64,000 nt of DNA, taken from assembly GCA_000165345.1 (NCBI GenBank), contig CM000436.1, forward strand, positions 192,001 to 256,000. The letters run 5' to 3'. The notes under the pieces were generated by a model. That model was not told the origin of the DNA. It ran no database searches and worked only from the letters and a program-made list of their open reading frames with translations. How positions within the stretch are numbered: the stretch's first letter is position 1; the number at the start of each line of letters is the position of its first letter. Shown one piece after another: positions 26,152 to 37,284 of the stretch. A program made the position numbers and the translations under genes.

Positions 26152-27825
26152 CTAATTCTTCCCCTTTGCCAACTTTTGAGCATCAACTTTGGATGAAATT
26201 GTCGAAGAAGCTTTTGACTTTCCATCTGGAATCTTAATAAGTATAATAGGTTCTTCTGGCTTATCAGAACAGAATGGTTTATCTACAATAAAGTAACCTC
26301 TTCTTTCAAGTTGAAGTCTATCTCCAGATTTAAGATCTTTAATTAGTGGATCACAAAATGCAGGTGTTTCGAAAAGAGATTCAGTATTGACAAGGTCCTG
26401 AATTTCATCACCATCTTCTGGCTTTCTTTTGTTAATTAAATGGTCGTATTCTCTTAGAATACATTTAGTCAATACTGAAGGAAGATTTGCAAGCCAGTGG
26501 ATCTTCTTTTTTGTTGATCTAAAATCACCTTCAAGATTGAGCTTACCTTCAAAGATGCCAGTTGGTTGTTTATCTATTTGAGAGATATCTTGTATTATAG
26601 CATTTCCCCACTTCATAAGTGTAATTTCTTCCCCAGATAAAATTTGAGTTGCATCATCTCTATCAATCAAAATTGACTTGTACATAACTATTTGACCTTT
26701 ACCTAGATCAGGATTTTTTTGGTGTAGGTCACGCTGATTAATCAATGGTTCTTCTGGTGCTTCACTGAGATTTAAAGCTACGGCATCTTGCCCAACAGCA
26801 AAGAATCTCGGAACTACAGGATCCATAAGTTGTTTGTTAATAGTCCAGAGTTTATCCCATTCCATAAGATTGGAATTTTTAGATGGTCCTTGTTCTGTGA
26901 CGAATTGTAATAAAGCACTTGGGGAAAGCCCTCTTCTTACAATTCCTCTAACAGTGGGGAATCTCGGATCATCCCATCCTTCTACCAACCCATTATTGAC
27001 AATCCAAGTCAGTTTTCTTTTTGAAAGGACTGTATTCACAAAATTAAGTCTGGAAAATTCATAAATTTCGACTGGTCTTAATCCTAGAGCATTAATAACC
27101 CAATTATATTGCTCAATTCGATCAGAATATTCATTAGTTCTTAATGCATGAGTTACACCTTCTATACTATCTACAATTGGGCAAGCAAAGTCGTATGTTG
27201 GATAAACCTTGTATTTTGTTCCTGTTCTATGGTGTGGAGTGAGTACACATCTATAAAGAACTGGGTCTCTCATGCACTTATTCTTACATTGCATATCAAT
27301 TTTTGCTCTAACACAACATTTAAGTCCATGTTCTGTTCCGTCTATCATTTCCTTCCAAAGTCTGAGATTCTCGTCAACAGAATTATTGCGATTCTTACTT
27401 TCAATACCTTTGCCTCTTTCTTCTCTCATAACTTCAACGCATGTATCATCAACATATGCTTTACCTAATTTAAACATTTCTTCACAGTAATTCATTATGG
27501 TATCAAAGTGATCCGATGTAAATGAAACATTAAATGGAGTTATCCCGAGTATTTTCAAGTCTGCTTCAATACTTTCTTGAAATTCCTCATTTTCTAATAC
27601 GGGATTGGTATCATCAAATCTCAATAGTAATTTACCTTCATATTTATTTGCATAATAATAATTTAGCAGAGCAGCTTTTGCATGACCAATATGTAAGTAA
27701 CCTGAAGGTTCTGGAGGAAATCTAGTCACAACTTGTCCTTGAATGGCATTTGGAAGCTTTCCTTCGTATTGACCTGTTTTTGATTTATTATCCGATTTGG
27801 TCTTATTATTTGTGGACATTTCCAA
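26152..27825 (-). CDS. Glutamyl-tRNA synthetase (class I, eukaryotic/archaeal type), 557 aa.
   Basis: The HIGH motif is PEPSGYLHIGHAKAALLNYYYA..RFDDTNP. The KMSKS-like motif is VLSKRKL. Confidence 0.88.
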   Translation of the reverse strand: MEMSTNNKTKSDNKSKTGQYEGKLPNAIQGQVVTRFPPEPSGYLHIGHAKAALLNYYYANKYEGKLLLRFDDTNPVLENEEFQESIEADLKILGITPFNVSFTSDHFDTIMNYCEEMFKLGKAYVDDTCVEVMREERGKGIESKNRNNSVDENLRLWKEMIDGTEHGLKCCVRAKIDMQCKNKCMRDPVLYRCVLTPHHRTGTKYKVYPTYDFACPIVDSIEGVTHALRTNEYSDRIEQYNWVINALGLRPVEIYEFSRLNFVNTVLSKRKLTWIVNNGLVEGWDDPRFPTVRGIVRRGLSPSALLQFVTEQGPSKNSNLMEWDKLWTINKQLMDPVVPRFFAVGQDAVALNLSEAPEEPLINQRDLHQKNPDLGKGQIVMYKSILIDRDDATQILSGEEITLMKWGNAIIQDISQIDKQPTGIFEGKLNLEGDFRSTKKKIHWLANLPSVLTKCILREYDHLINKRKPEDGDEIQDLVNTESLFETPAFCDPLIKDLKSGDRLQLERRGYFIVDKPFCSDKPEEPIILIKIPDGKSKASSTISSKVDAQKLAKGKN

Positions 27826-28209
27826 TTTAATATGAATATTTCCAGTTGGGGTTAGAATCTAAATTTTTAGAAAATGAAAGAAGATATTTATGTGAATAGA
27901 AGTAATTACTATTAATAATACGAGCAATTAATGGTATTAATGAATAATAATTACAAGGTTCCGGTTATCAGTAGTATATTTATACCAGTAATTTGGAATA
28001 GCAGCTTTGAAAATTACTAAATAATATTAGTAATTAAAAACTAAAACGATTAATATTAAATCACTGTTTTCTCGTTTCTTTTTATTTAGTTTTCCCGTGT
28101 AAAGTTATTTGATTTTATTGTGAGATCAAAGCATTGATTAATATAAATAGTAAATTTACAATTTGTGTATATATGAATTATTTAAGAAATTATTTAAAAA
28201 AAAAAAAAA

Positions 28210-28237
28210 GAGGGGCGAGTTTGGCGCTCAACGTGTA
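28210..28237. promoter_or_regulatory. E2F-like/ACGTG element gaggggcgagTTTGGCGCtcaACGTGTaaaa. GCATG words also lie at 28441-28490.
   Basis: Seen in the sequence, upstream of the GluRS gene (-). Confidence 0.45.
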
Positions 28238-28556
28238 AAAAATTGGTACCTGTGTTGAAATATATTCAATTAATACGAGGGAAATTCACAAAAATTTTAA
28301 GATTTCAAAGATAAAATAATAATGTATTAATTCATTACAATAATTCGCAATTTTTGAACGTATTTCATATCAATTAAAAAAAATTTATAATCCTAATGTA
28401 CATATTGCTATAGCATTTCAACTAAAATTTGAAAAATACTTTCATGCGTCCACATGCATTTAAAAATTGAAGAGCAGATTTGCATGTTTGAATACGGCAG
28501 AAATTGATTTTCATAAATGCAAATTAGTGGATTTGAAATTTAAAAAAAAAAACGCT

Positions 28557-31361
28557 TTATTTTTTAATGAGATTTGAAAGAGTGTATTTTCCAGTAGTAA
28601 ATGAATGTTTAATCACATTTGATTGTTGTTTAATTGAAGAAATGATAAGATTAATTTCGTGAATGGCTTTTTGTACTTTTGGATGGTTTGGCCCGTTAAT
28701 TTCAATATATAACTTCTTCTTCTCACTAATATGAACAGAATTGGTTGAAGGGTTGGATGAATCTGGAGGAATATAAATACCTTTAACTTGGCAGATAACA
28801 CCACAGTTTTCATTAATAGTTTTTATAATATCTTTATGGACTATTTTTTGTCTTATAAGAGTAGGATAATCATTAATTTCAAAGATTCCAATGACTCTAC
28901 CATTGACAACTTGATGAAGATTATTAGGAATTGTGATTGAGTTCGGATTACTATAATCAGTAATACTAATTATATTTGTATTTTGAATATTACATACATT
29001 GTTTAGTTTTGCAGCATTAATTGTGGCAAGTTGCAAAGCTTTTTCAGCTTCTGGCATATGAGCAATTTCAGAATGAGATAGCGTATTGGCATCTGAAGTT
29101 GTGTTATTATTAATATTATTATTATTATTATTAGTAGTAGTAGTAGAGTCATCATCATAATTTGAGTTAATAAAGATTTGTTCTTCAGTAATATTGGTTG
29201 TATCAGGAATAAGCCCAAGAGCTTTTTTAGTATCATCTTTAAGAAGTTGAAGGGAGCTTTTTTCATCTTTGGAGAATTTGAATCCCTTACCTCCGAAACC
29301 AAAGTTTCGGATTCTCTTATTTGATGAATTATTGGAAATTGATGATGCACTCTTATTCTTTTGTATTAATTCATTATAAAGCTGAATAATCTCTGGCTGA
29401 ATAATAATGGTGCTATCATCATCAACAAATTTATTAGAATTGGCATTGCTATTATTATCATCATCATTTCCATGAACATTCCGAGAGATATGCCTATTTG
29501 AAGCATTATTATTGGAATATTTCATTGCAAGTTCAATTAAATCAAAAGATTGGGGTATTTCATTGGGTAATAAAAGAGTAAATGAGGTACCGAAATTCCC
29601 AGCTCTCCCAGTTCTTCCAATTCTGTGAATGTAATCCTCAATATGGTGTGGAGCTCCAAAGTTAATAACAAGCAAAATATTGTCAACATGAAGACCTCTT
29701 GAAAATATTGATGTTGCTATTAGAATATTCTGGCCTGATGGAGGAGGTGGATTGGAGTTCATATTAGTTTTTGAGAAAGTAGTTAAATTTGAATGTCTAT
29801 CATAGTGGTCTTGACCGCTATGTAAAGTTAAACAATTATAGCCAAAAGGGATAAGTTTAGCAAAGAGTTCATCCACATCAGTTTGTCTATTACAAAAAAT
29901 TACAATAAGACCAAATTCTGCCCATTCACCAAGAAGTTGGAGTAGTCTTAGAAATTGATCATTTTCATTATTAAGCAATTCAATATACTGTTTAACATTT
30001 TGGTTCATTTGGCCTTTTTTTCCAACAATTACTTGTATTGGATTATGGAGTATTTTATTTGTAAACTGTTCAATAATATTTGGGAAAGTTGCAGAAAATA
30101 TGGCAATTTGTCTATCTGGCCTTATAATACTTATAATACTAAGAAGCTGGGGAGCAAAACCCATATCAAATAATCGATCCCCTTCATCAATAACTAGAAA
30201 TGAAATAAATTGGAAAATAACAATTTTCTTATGTAATAGAGTCATAATATCAATAATTCTTCCGGGAGTTCCAATGATTATATCTGATCCTGATCTAATT
30301 TTATTGAGTTGATGACTAATACTGAGCCCACCACATATAATATTGGTGGTGAGATCTACAAGATTTGCAAGCTGAGTGGTTTGTTTGTAAACTTGGAGGG
30401 CAAGCTCTCTAGTTGGAATAATAATCATTGCCCTAGCAAGGTTGGTATTTTTGTTAATTTGTATATCCATCTCTGCATTGAATGGGTAGTTGTTATTTGA
30501 CTGCACCAATACATGTCTTATAAGAGGAAGAATATAAGCTAAGGTTTTACCACTACCCGTCTCTGCATTACCAATCATATCATATCCAGACATTAATATT
30601 GGTATCGATTGCATTTGAATTGGAAATGGTTTAATAATGTTTTTTTTCTTAAGATAATGATGAATTGGAAGTGGTAGTCCACATTGTGAAAAGTTTAATA
30701 TCGGCTTTATTGAAGAATATGGTTGATTTAAGTCATTTGAAGTTTTATTGATATTCTTAATTTTTTTAATGTGGATACCATTATTAGTAATTCGAATATG
30801 ATCAACTTCATGCTGTTTAAGTTTTTTAATTTCATTAACTTCTTTGTAATAATTTTTAATAATTGGTGGGTAATTGATTACTTCGTGGTTAATTTCTGGT
30901 ATTCTCTTCTTTTTATCCAAAGAGAGAAGTTCTTCAATTTTACTTAAACTTGGATTCATATGGCCTAATGAATTACTTTCATTTTGATCATCTTCTCTTT
31001 CAGAATGATCATCTTCTTGATCAGATAACTCAAAGTTATCATCAAAATCAATCTTTGATTCCAATTTCAAAGAAGAATGATCAGAGTATTGGTTTTTATT
31101 TCCAGTTATATTATTATTGGACTTTAATGCTTTGATAAATTCAGCATAGTATTCTTCTTGGTCTTTATCTTGATCTGGTGAAGCTTCTGAATTCAGTTTC
31201 TTGATATCATCTAAAGTGATTGAATTATCTGAAGCAATTTGTTTCTTCTCAAATTCGTTATTTGTTTTAAGTAATTCTGACAAAGAGTGTATCTTGGAGA
31301 TTCTAATTTTTTTAATAGAGTCAATTTCAGAATCTTTAATTTCAGCGGATGTATTATTCAT
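28557..31361 (-). CDS. DEAD-box ATP-dependent RNA helicase (934 aa) with long N- and C-terminal low-complexity extensions; DDX46/Prp5-like or DDX42-like.
   Basis: The motifs found are Q-motif/motif I AETGSGKTLAY, Ia PTRELA, II VIDEGDRLFDMGF (D-E-G-D), III SAT and VI HRIGRTGRAG. Confidence 0.88.
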   Translation of the reverse strand: MNNTSAEIKDSEIDSIKKIRISKIHSLSELLKTNNEFEKKQIASDNSITLDDIKKLNSEASPDQDKDQEEYYAEFIKALKSNNNITGNKNQYSDHSSLKLESKIDFDDNFELSDQEDDHSEREDDQNESNSLGHMNPSLSKIEELLSLDKKKRIPEINHEVINYPPIIKNYYKEVNEIKKLKQHEVDHIRITNNGIHIKKIKNINKTSNDLNQPYSSIKPILNFSQCGLPLPIHHYLKKKNIIKPFPIQMQSIPILMSGYDMIGNAETGSGKTLAYILPLIRHVLVQSNNNYPFNAEMDIQINKNTNLARAMIIIPTRELALQVYKQTTQLANLVDLTTNIICGGLSISHQLNKIRSGSDIIIGTPGRIIDIMTLLHKKIVIFQFISFLVIDEGDRLFDMGFAPQLLSIISIIRPDRQIAIFSATFPNIIEQFTNKILHNPIQVIVGKKGQMNQNVKQYIELLNNENDQFLRLLQLLGEWAEFGLIVIFCNRQTDVDELFAKLIPFGYNCLTLHSGQDHYDRHSNLTTFSKTNMNSNPPPPSGQNILIATSIFSRGLHVDNILLVINFGAPHHIEDYIHRIGRTGRAGNFGTSFTLLLPNEIPQSFDLIELAMKYSNNNASNRHISRNVHGNDDDNNSNANSNKFVDDDSTIIIQPEIIQLYNELIQKNKSASSISNNSSNKRIRNFGFGGKGFKFSKDEKSSLQLLKDDTKKALGLIPDTTNITEEQIFINSNYDDDSTTTTNNNNNNINNNTTSDANTLSHSEIAHMPEAEKALQLATINAAKLNNVCNIQNTNIISITDYSNPNSITIPNNLHQVVNGRVIGIFEINDYPTLIRQKIVHKDIIKTINENCGVICQVKGIYIPPDSSNPSTNSVHISEKKKLYIEINGPNHPKVQKAIHEINLIISSIKQQSNVIKHSFTTGKYTLSNLIKK

Positions 31362-32047
31362 TTTTTTTTGCTGGCTTAGTGTAGAGAAAAGGCTTTGCTA
31401 ATAACATTTAATTGGAGGTATCGGTATGATGATCTTATTTACATTAAATCAAAAGATAAGAGTTCATTCTTTAATGAATAGTTACTATTTGCAAATCATT
31501 TATCCCTCTCACAGTAAATTCAGAGTAATAAATAAGAGTAATCAAAATTTTCTAGTAATTTGAGTTATTTTTTAATTATTCGAACAAAAACAATATAGTT
31601 TCAAATTAATAGTAAATTGGGCGGCAAATTTTGAGATGACGAGTTTTAATTAGTCTATTAATAGAAATATGATTAAGATTCTCTGTATGATTAGATAATA
31701 AGAAGATTTCTGATTATATAAAGAATTGAATCATTTAATAATGGATAAATATAAGTATCTATAAATTTTAATATTTATCTTGGATATGAAGAAAGTTGAT
31801 CGCAACCAATAATATTGAAAAAAAGGAAACGTTGCATTAAATTGCAATTTAAATTTTTATTTATAACCTGGAATTTTTAAGAAAACATATACAAAAAATT
31901 TCAAACAAAATTAACATTAAATTATTTGATTAAAACAGGACAAGTTCATTGTGACTAAAATTAACATTTTCATCATTTTTTTTTTTTCCTCTAAATGGTT
32001 AAAATTCTATGGGTACCTGTAATGCAAATTTTATCAATGATAAATAT

Positions 32048-32090
32048 GGATTTCCCGCCTAATGTGGGGAGTTTTTTGGGCGGGAATTGC
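32048..32090. promoter_or_regulatory. Inverted pair of E2F/G-box half-sites: ggaTTTCCCGCCtaatgtggggagttttttGGGCGGGAAttgc.
   Basis: TTTCCCGC is the canonical E2F site. The second copy is its reverse complement about 20 bp away, inside the 1.9-kb region upstream of the ApiAP2 gene. Confidence 0.45.
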
Positions 32091-33246
32091 ATTATCGGGA
32101 GATAATATATTACAAAATACCGAGCATGTTAATAAGAGAATAGATTATCCGGTAAAGCGATATGATGAAGTAGACTTGTAAGTAATCGTTAAATAGAGGA
32201 ACATATATACAAATAATATGAAAAAACTGTAAGAATGCAAAAAAAGTAAGAGGGGGTAGAAGCAGCATTGTGAATAAATAAGAAATACGTATAGTGGACC
32301 AGAGATAAATAAATTAGTCAGTTTAAATAGGGACAACAAATAAGTGAAATAAAGATATAAGTTTAACATCTGAATAAGCGTTTGAAAAAGTAATTAATAA
32401 TATAAATAAAGTTAAAAGCGGAAATTCAAGTCAAGTCTAGTAAATTAAGAATTTATTGCATATATACATAATGTATATATGTAAATACTAAATATATGAG
32501 TTGATTTATATTTGAATATATAAATTCAAATATATATTCAAGCATTATATAAATATACACGTATCATTAATATTTAAAAGTAATATATTTATATGCGTAT
32601 TACTATTAATATAGCAAGTATTAACTAGTTAATATAATTTATCAATCCAAGAAATATCCCTCACACAATCAAAACAGTACATGATTTATGGTCGTCTACT
32701 AGATGTTAAGAAAATATATTGAAATATACATTTAGTGGAGCTGAAAGGGAACAATAAACAAGAAGAAGAATTAATTACCCAGAGGCTGGCTAAATATCTG
32801 GATAGTTAAAGAGAGAATAATAGCCTCACATTTTTTTTTTTGTGAAAGCAAGCACTGTGAGCTTAAAGAAAAGAACCTCATTATTTGGTAAAGTTACATT
32901 AATTGTAAATATTTTCATCCAAGTGATAAAACGAATCAAGATTTTTCTCTCTTTCCTTCTTTTTTCTTTCTATCTTTTTTATCCATTCAAAGATTCATTC
33001 AAATATTTAATATTGGAGATTCATTAAAGAGAAGTGTATTAAGTGGAAGATTAATAGAAAGAAGCCAGATATTGAAATTATTGCTCATTAAATAAGAAAG
33101 TTCAATGTATTAATGGTAATTAACTGAAATAACGCTTTGAAAGACTTATATAATAAAGTAACGCTTTTAATACTTATTTGTAATATAGAATAACTATAAA
33201 TCGTGGCATTATTTTTAAGGAGTAGGTTTTTTGGAAGTCAAAGACT

Positions 33247-36200
33247 TTGTTAACAATGGCAAGCTCTATCCAAAAGGGACATTTACCTATATCAACATCT
33301 TCATCATCATCTTCATCATTAACAACAACTTCTTCATCAATTCCTGCTTCAAACACAGGAGGAACAGTCAATGTGGGGCGGGGTGAAACAGAGGAATTTG
33401 TACATTTTTTGTTTAGGGAAGGTTTCCTTGTAAAGGGTTCGCGCATGGAAAGCTATGATTTTCATTCAATTACTCCTTCTCTCTCATATCTCATCCAAAA
33501 AAACTTTGAAAATCCTGCGAATGGATGCCACACAATAATTTCTACTCATTCATCATTGGCTCTCAAAAGACAAAATCATTCAACCCAAAGTAAAAACTTT
33601 AATTTAATTCCAAAGCCTGATAATAAGGACGAAAACATTGATGGAAACTCACAAAAGATTTCTACTTTACCAGTATCTAAGCCTTTAAATGCTGAAACTC
33701 CAAAACAATTTAAAGATTGGCGCGCACATGATATCGGTATTGGATTTTTACTATATGGAGAGTCAGTATGTTTCGTTTTGGCGCGCATGATAGAATTGAC
33801 ATATGGGAGAGTTGCAAATAATGGAGTTGTAACATGCTGTGTGTTGAGCCCAAATTCGAATTGCTCGGAGGATGAGTCTCAACACTTTTCAGAAGGAAAT
33901 TTAACAAAGCCATCGTTGAATACTGATACTGAATTGAAGGATGGTGAGACTTGCATTAATAGAAGAATAACAAAATACGGAATAGTAGCAGGCTCTCCTA
34001 TTGGAATTCCTGGAAACATGTTTATTTTGAATCCATATTTGGAGGTTGGAGAAATCAAGACTATAATAGAAATAGAAATTATGAGTGCTAGCAGTATAAA
34101 GCAAGTTTTTGCTTGCAGGCCAGATCTTGTTGAGCTTGGAATGACCAATTTTGAGTTGTCAACCAAAACTCCATGCTTTTTATTGGCAGTAAAATGCAGC
34201 ATTGATCTAACACTACCGATTTATGTTTATAAAAGAAATCTTGAGTCAAATTATTGTTCATTGAGAGTAGCAAAAGAGGGTAGTATGGTTGTTGGTAAGG
34301 ACTTTCAAACTTCAATAGAGACTTTGATGAGTCTTTATACATGGTTGAAGAGTCACTTGCTTAATCCCAAATCTCCATTTTTTGACTTAGATTATGGGAA
34401 GTTTTACTATACTAGAGCATTAGAATTGCTTTCTAATATTGAATATATTATAAGAGTTTCAGGAGGAACTGAAAAAACAATTTCTACTCTTGGAGGGAAT
34501 ATCAATTTAAACGATGTGGGATTAGGTATTTGCGGTGGAGGAAGTGGATTCTCAAGACACTTAGGGATTTCGAAGCTTGGAACTCCTAATTCAAGATGCT
34601 CAATTTCAACAGTTGCTTCTACAAATACTCCTGTAAGCATTGGAGAAGTTCAGGGTGATTTGATTACTACGAATAATAACTTATGTTTAGGAGGAGGGCT
34701 TTTATCGGTAGGAGGAACTGGAGGAGGTACACCTGTTCAAGGAGGAATTACTGGAAATCCTGGGCCCCAAGAACCTTCTATGACTGAGAAAGTCTTTAAT
34801 AGTAGTAGTAACAACGATAATAATCCTCCCTCTGTTTCAGGTAGAGGTAAAAGAAGTAATGTTAAATTTACCAATACAACAACTCCAGGACAAAATTCCT
34901 CTTCTACTATTAGTACACTAGTTCCTGGTACAATTGTTAGATTTAGATCCCAAATTCCAGTTGATGCTAAGCTTATTCAAGGCGTTCCTGAGACTGATTA
35001 CTTTACCCACGTACAACAAGTCTATTACCATTTCCAAAAAGGAGAATGGAGAGCTGTATATGGTCCCTCAAAAAACAGACAACAGAAATCATTTTCTGTT
35101 AACAAGTATGGATTTTACGAAGCTAAACGACTTGCTGAAGAATGGAGACTTCGTTATCTTTATTCAAATCCAAATGGACCAAATGGACAACAGAATGGCG
35201 CCTTTGGTAAATGCATGCGATGCGGAAATGGCGCGGCGGGAAATTCTGGTTCATGCGGACGTTCTACATGCGTAAAGTCAAGTGTGGAGTGTGTTTGTAA
35301 ATATAATTCTAATGGTATATATGAGGATAACCGTGGTTCTGGAGGAGGTGCAAGATGTAGAACTGGGAGGAAGCGAAGGTCATCTAGGGTAGATATGGAG
35401 AGGGAGGCAAACGGAGCAACGACTGCAGGAGGGCTTGTTGTAACTTCTATGCCAGGTTGCATTCCTACGAAAGTATTAAATAAGGGCAGTGGTGTATGTA
35501 ATTTGAAAGATGTAAATAACTACACACCGAAAGTTGGAGAGGTATTGAACGAGATTTCGACAATTTCCACAGGAAATTGCCATAGCACTAGTGGTACAGG
35601 GGGGGGGAAAGGAGGAGTTTCCGAGACAATGATCACAATAGAATCGAGGTCTCCAAGGGTTGTATCTCAGAATGGAGAAGGAGAAGGAAGAGCTGGATTA
35701 GTGGAAAATTCTGTGTATTCCACAATGGATGGGATGATAGCATTTGGTAATGCAGAATTTTCAGCTTCTGTTACTGATCAGAAGCCATGCCCTGGAAAAA
35801 TTCCCATAGTTTCAAGCCAATCTCCAAAAAACAAGTCTATTTTGCATCCTTCCATTTCTGGAGTTAGTTTTGTGGGTCCTGAGCCAGGATTTAAAGATCA
35901 TCCTATACAACAGAAGATTTTGGATATATCAGCTTCTTCTACTGCCTCTACTACTCCATCAAGTACCCCAGGAGGATTAGCTGGAACGTGTATTTCACTA
36001 GGTGGTTTGGGGTATGATCAAGTTCAAAAGTCTTTTGAAAGTGATGAGTTACTAAATAATTCATCATATGGAGGAGTTGGAGTATCTGTAGCTACTGCTG
36101 CATGCGGAGGAGTTAGAACTACGGGTACTTCAAAGTTGGCTTCATCTCCATCAATTGGACAGATAATTTCCTCAGCAAGTTCTACTGCAACATCATCTTC

Positions 36201-37284
36201 TACTTCTATGATGATTCCAGAAATTTCTTCTCCCTCAGTTTCAACTCCTGTTTCTATTGGAGTTGGTTCTTGTTCAACCATTATTTCTCCAGAAAAACAA
36301 TCATTAATTGGGGTTGGAACAGTGGTTTCTGGCATGATGCATTCAATTTCCGAAACTCCCTATTCAGTTGCTCCAGGTTCTTCAAGAGAAGGAATTACTT
36401 ACTCAGTTAAATCAGGTTTGGTTGGGTTAGGAAAATCAGGAAAGACTCAATCTTCGCCTTCATCATCATCATCATCGTCATCTTCTGCATCTTCATCTTC
36501 ACAGGGAAATGGAATATCATCAAAAGGGCCAATAATGTTTACACAATCAACTCAAGGAATTTCCATGGGATTTCCAGCATCGGGAAATACTTATTCTGGA
36601 CAATTTCCCAATGCTATAGGAATTTCAGAATCTTCTTATGGGTGTATTTCTCCAGTTATTGAAGATAATTGTTGGAGTTCTTCTGCAAACAATGAAGCAA
36701 TGACTTCTTCATCTATGAATACTAATTCCAATTTAGTTAGTTCCGTTGGCAAGTCAAACAATAATACTAATATTGGTGGAACTATCTCTACATCCGCTAC
36801 ATCTAATTCTAATAACAATGCTACTATCGGTACTAGAAGTGTTAATAACGGCTCTACTGTTAATAATAATGCAGTTCCAATACTGAAAACTAATGAAAAT
36901 GTAATTAGTACTAACACTTCTCAAAGCAATGAGAGTTTAAGTATTGGAGGAGGTTGCCTCACAACGGGAACTTCTGGAGAAAGTAGTAATACAAATTGTT
37001 TGAGTACATCTGGAACAGAAAATATTTCGACTTCAGTTGTTGGATCTAGAAGACCTATTGAAGAATGCTCGAGTAATCATAACGAAGATAACTCTAATAG
37101 GAACAAAAGTAGAAATAACAGTGAAAATGAGAGATCAGTTAATGGTGGAAGCATAAATGTAAATAATGAGAACTCAGATCGGAGAAATGTTAGTTCTGAT
37201 GTGAACCGTAACAATGGAAACCCATGGTACAAAAGAAATGCATGGGATGAAGACCTTATAATAGATTCATTCTTTGTTGGGTAA
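33247..37284 (+). CDS. ApiAP2 transcription factor (1345 aa) with a single AP2 DNA-binding domain (nt ~34990-35165) flanked by long S/T/G/N-rich low-complexity regions.
   Basis: ...YFTHVQQVYYHFQKGEWRAVYGPSKNRQQKSFSVNKYGFYEAKRLAEEWRLRYL fits the apicomplexan AP2 domain pattern (W-x-A, KSFSV-KYG-EA-LA). Confidence 0.8.
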   Translation: MLTMASSIQKGHLPISTSSSSSSSLTTTSSSIPASNTGGTVNVGRGETEEFVHFLFREGFLVKGSRMESYDFHSITPSLSYLIQKNFENPANGCHTIISTHSSLALKRQNHSTQSKNFNLIPKPDNKDENIDGNSQKISTLPVSKPLNAETPKQFKDWRAHDIGIGFLLYGESVCFVLARMIELTYGRVANNGVVTCCVLSPNSNCSEDESQHFSEGNLTKPSLNTDTELKDGETCINRRITKYGIVAGSPIGIPGNMFILNPYLEVGEIKTIIEIEIMSASSIKQVFACRPDLVELGMTNFELSTKTPCFLLAVKCSIDLTLPIYVYKRNLESNYCSLRVAKEGSMVVGKDFQTSIETLMSLYTWLKSHLLNPKSPFFDLDYGKFYYTRALELLSNIEYIIRVSGGTEKTISTLGGNINLNDVGLGICGGGSGFSRHLGISKLGTPNSRCSISTVASTNTPVSIGEVQGDLITTNNNLCLGGGLLSVGGTGGGTPVQGGITGNPGPQEPSMTEKVFNSSSNNDNNPPSVSGRGKRSNVKFTNTTTPGQNSSSTISTLVPGTIVRFRSQIPVDAKLIQGVPETDYFTHVQQVYYHFQKGEWRAVYGPSKNRQQKSFSVNKYGFYEAKRLAEEWRLRYLYSNPNGPNGQQNGAFGKCMRCGNGAAGNSGSCGRSTCVKSSVECVCKYNSNGIYEDNRGSGGGARCRTGRKRRSSRVDMEREANGATTAGGLVVTSMPGCIPTKVLNKGSGVCNLKDVNNYTPKVGEVLNEISTISTGNCHSTSGTGGGKGGVSETMITIESRSPRVVSQNGEGEGRAGLVENSVYSTMDGMIAFGNAEFSASVTDQKPCPGKIPIVSSQSPKNKSILHPSISGVSFVGPEPGFKDHPIQQKILDISASSTASTTPSSTPGGLAGTCISLGGLGYDQVQKSFESDELLNNSSYGGVGVSVATAACGGVRTTGTSKLASSPSIGQIISSASSTATSSSTSMMIPEISSPSVSTPVSIGVGSCSTIISPEKQSLIGVGTVVSGMMHSISETPYSVAPGSSREGITYSVKSGLVGLGKSGKTQSSPSSSSSSSSSASSSSQGNGISSKGPIMFTQSTQGISMGFPASGNTYSGQFPNAIGISESSYGCISPVIEDNCWSSSANNEAMTSSSMNTNSNLVSSVGKSNNNTNIGGTISTSATSNSNNNATIGTRSVNNGSTVNNNAVPILKTNENVISTNTSQSNESLSIGGGCLTTGTSGESSNTNCLSTSGTENISTSVVGSRRPIEECSSNHNEDNSNRNKSRNNSENERSVNGGSINVNNENSDRRNVSSDVNRNNGNPWYKRNAWDEDLIIDSFFVG

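Noticed and set aside
32505-32540. AT-rich inverted repeat atatttgaat-atataa-attcaaatat.
   Set aside because: 10-bp A/T-only palindromes are expected by chance in about 80% AT intergenic DNA, and there is no flanking structure suggesting a transposon terminus or ncRNA.
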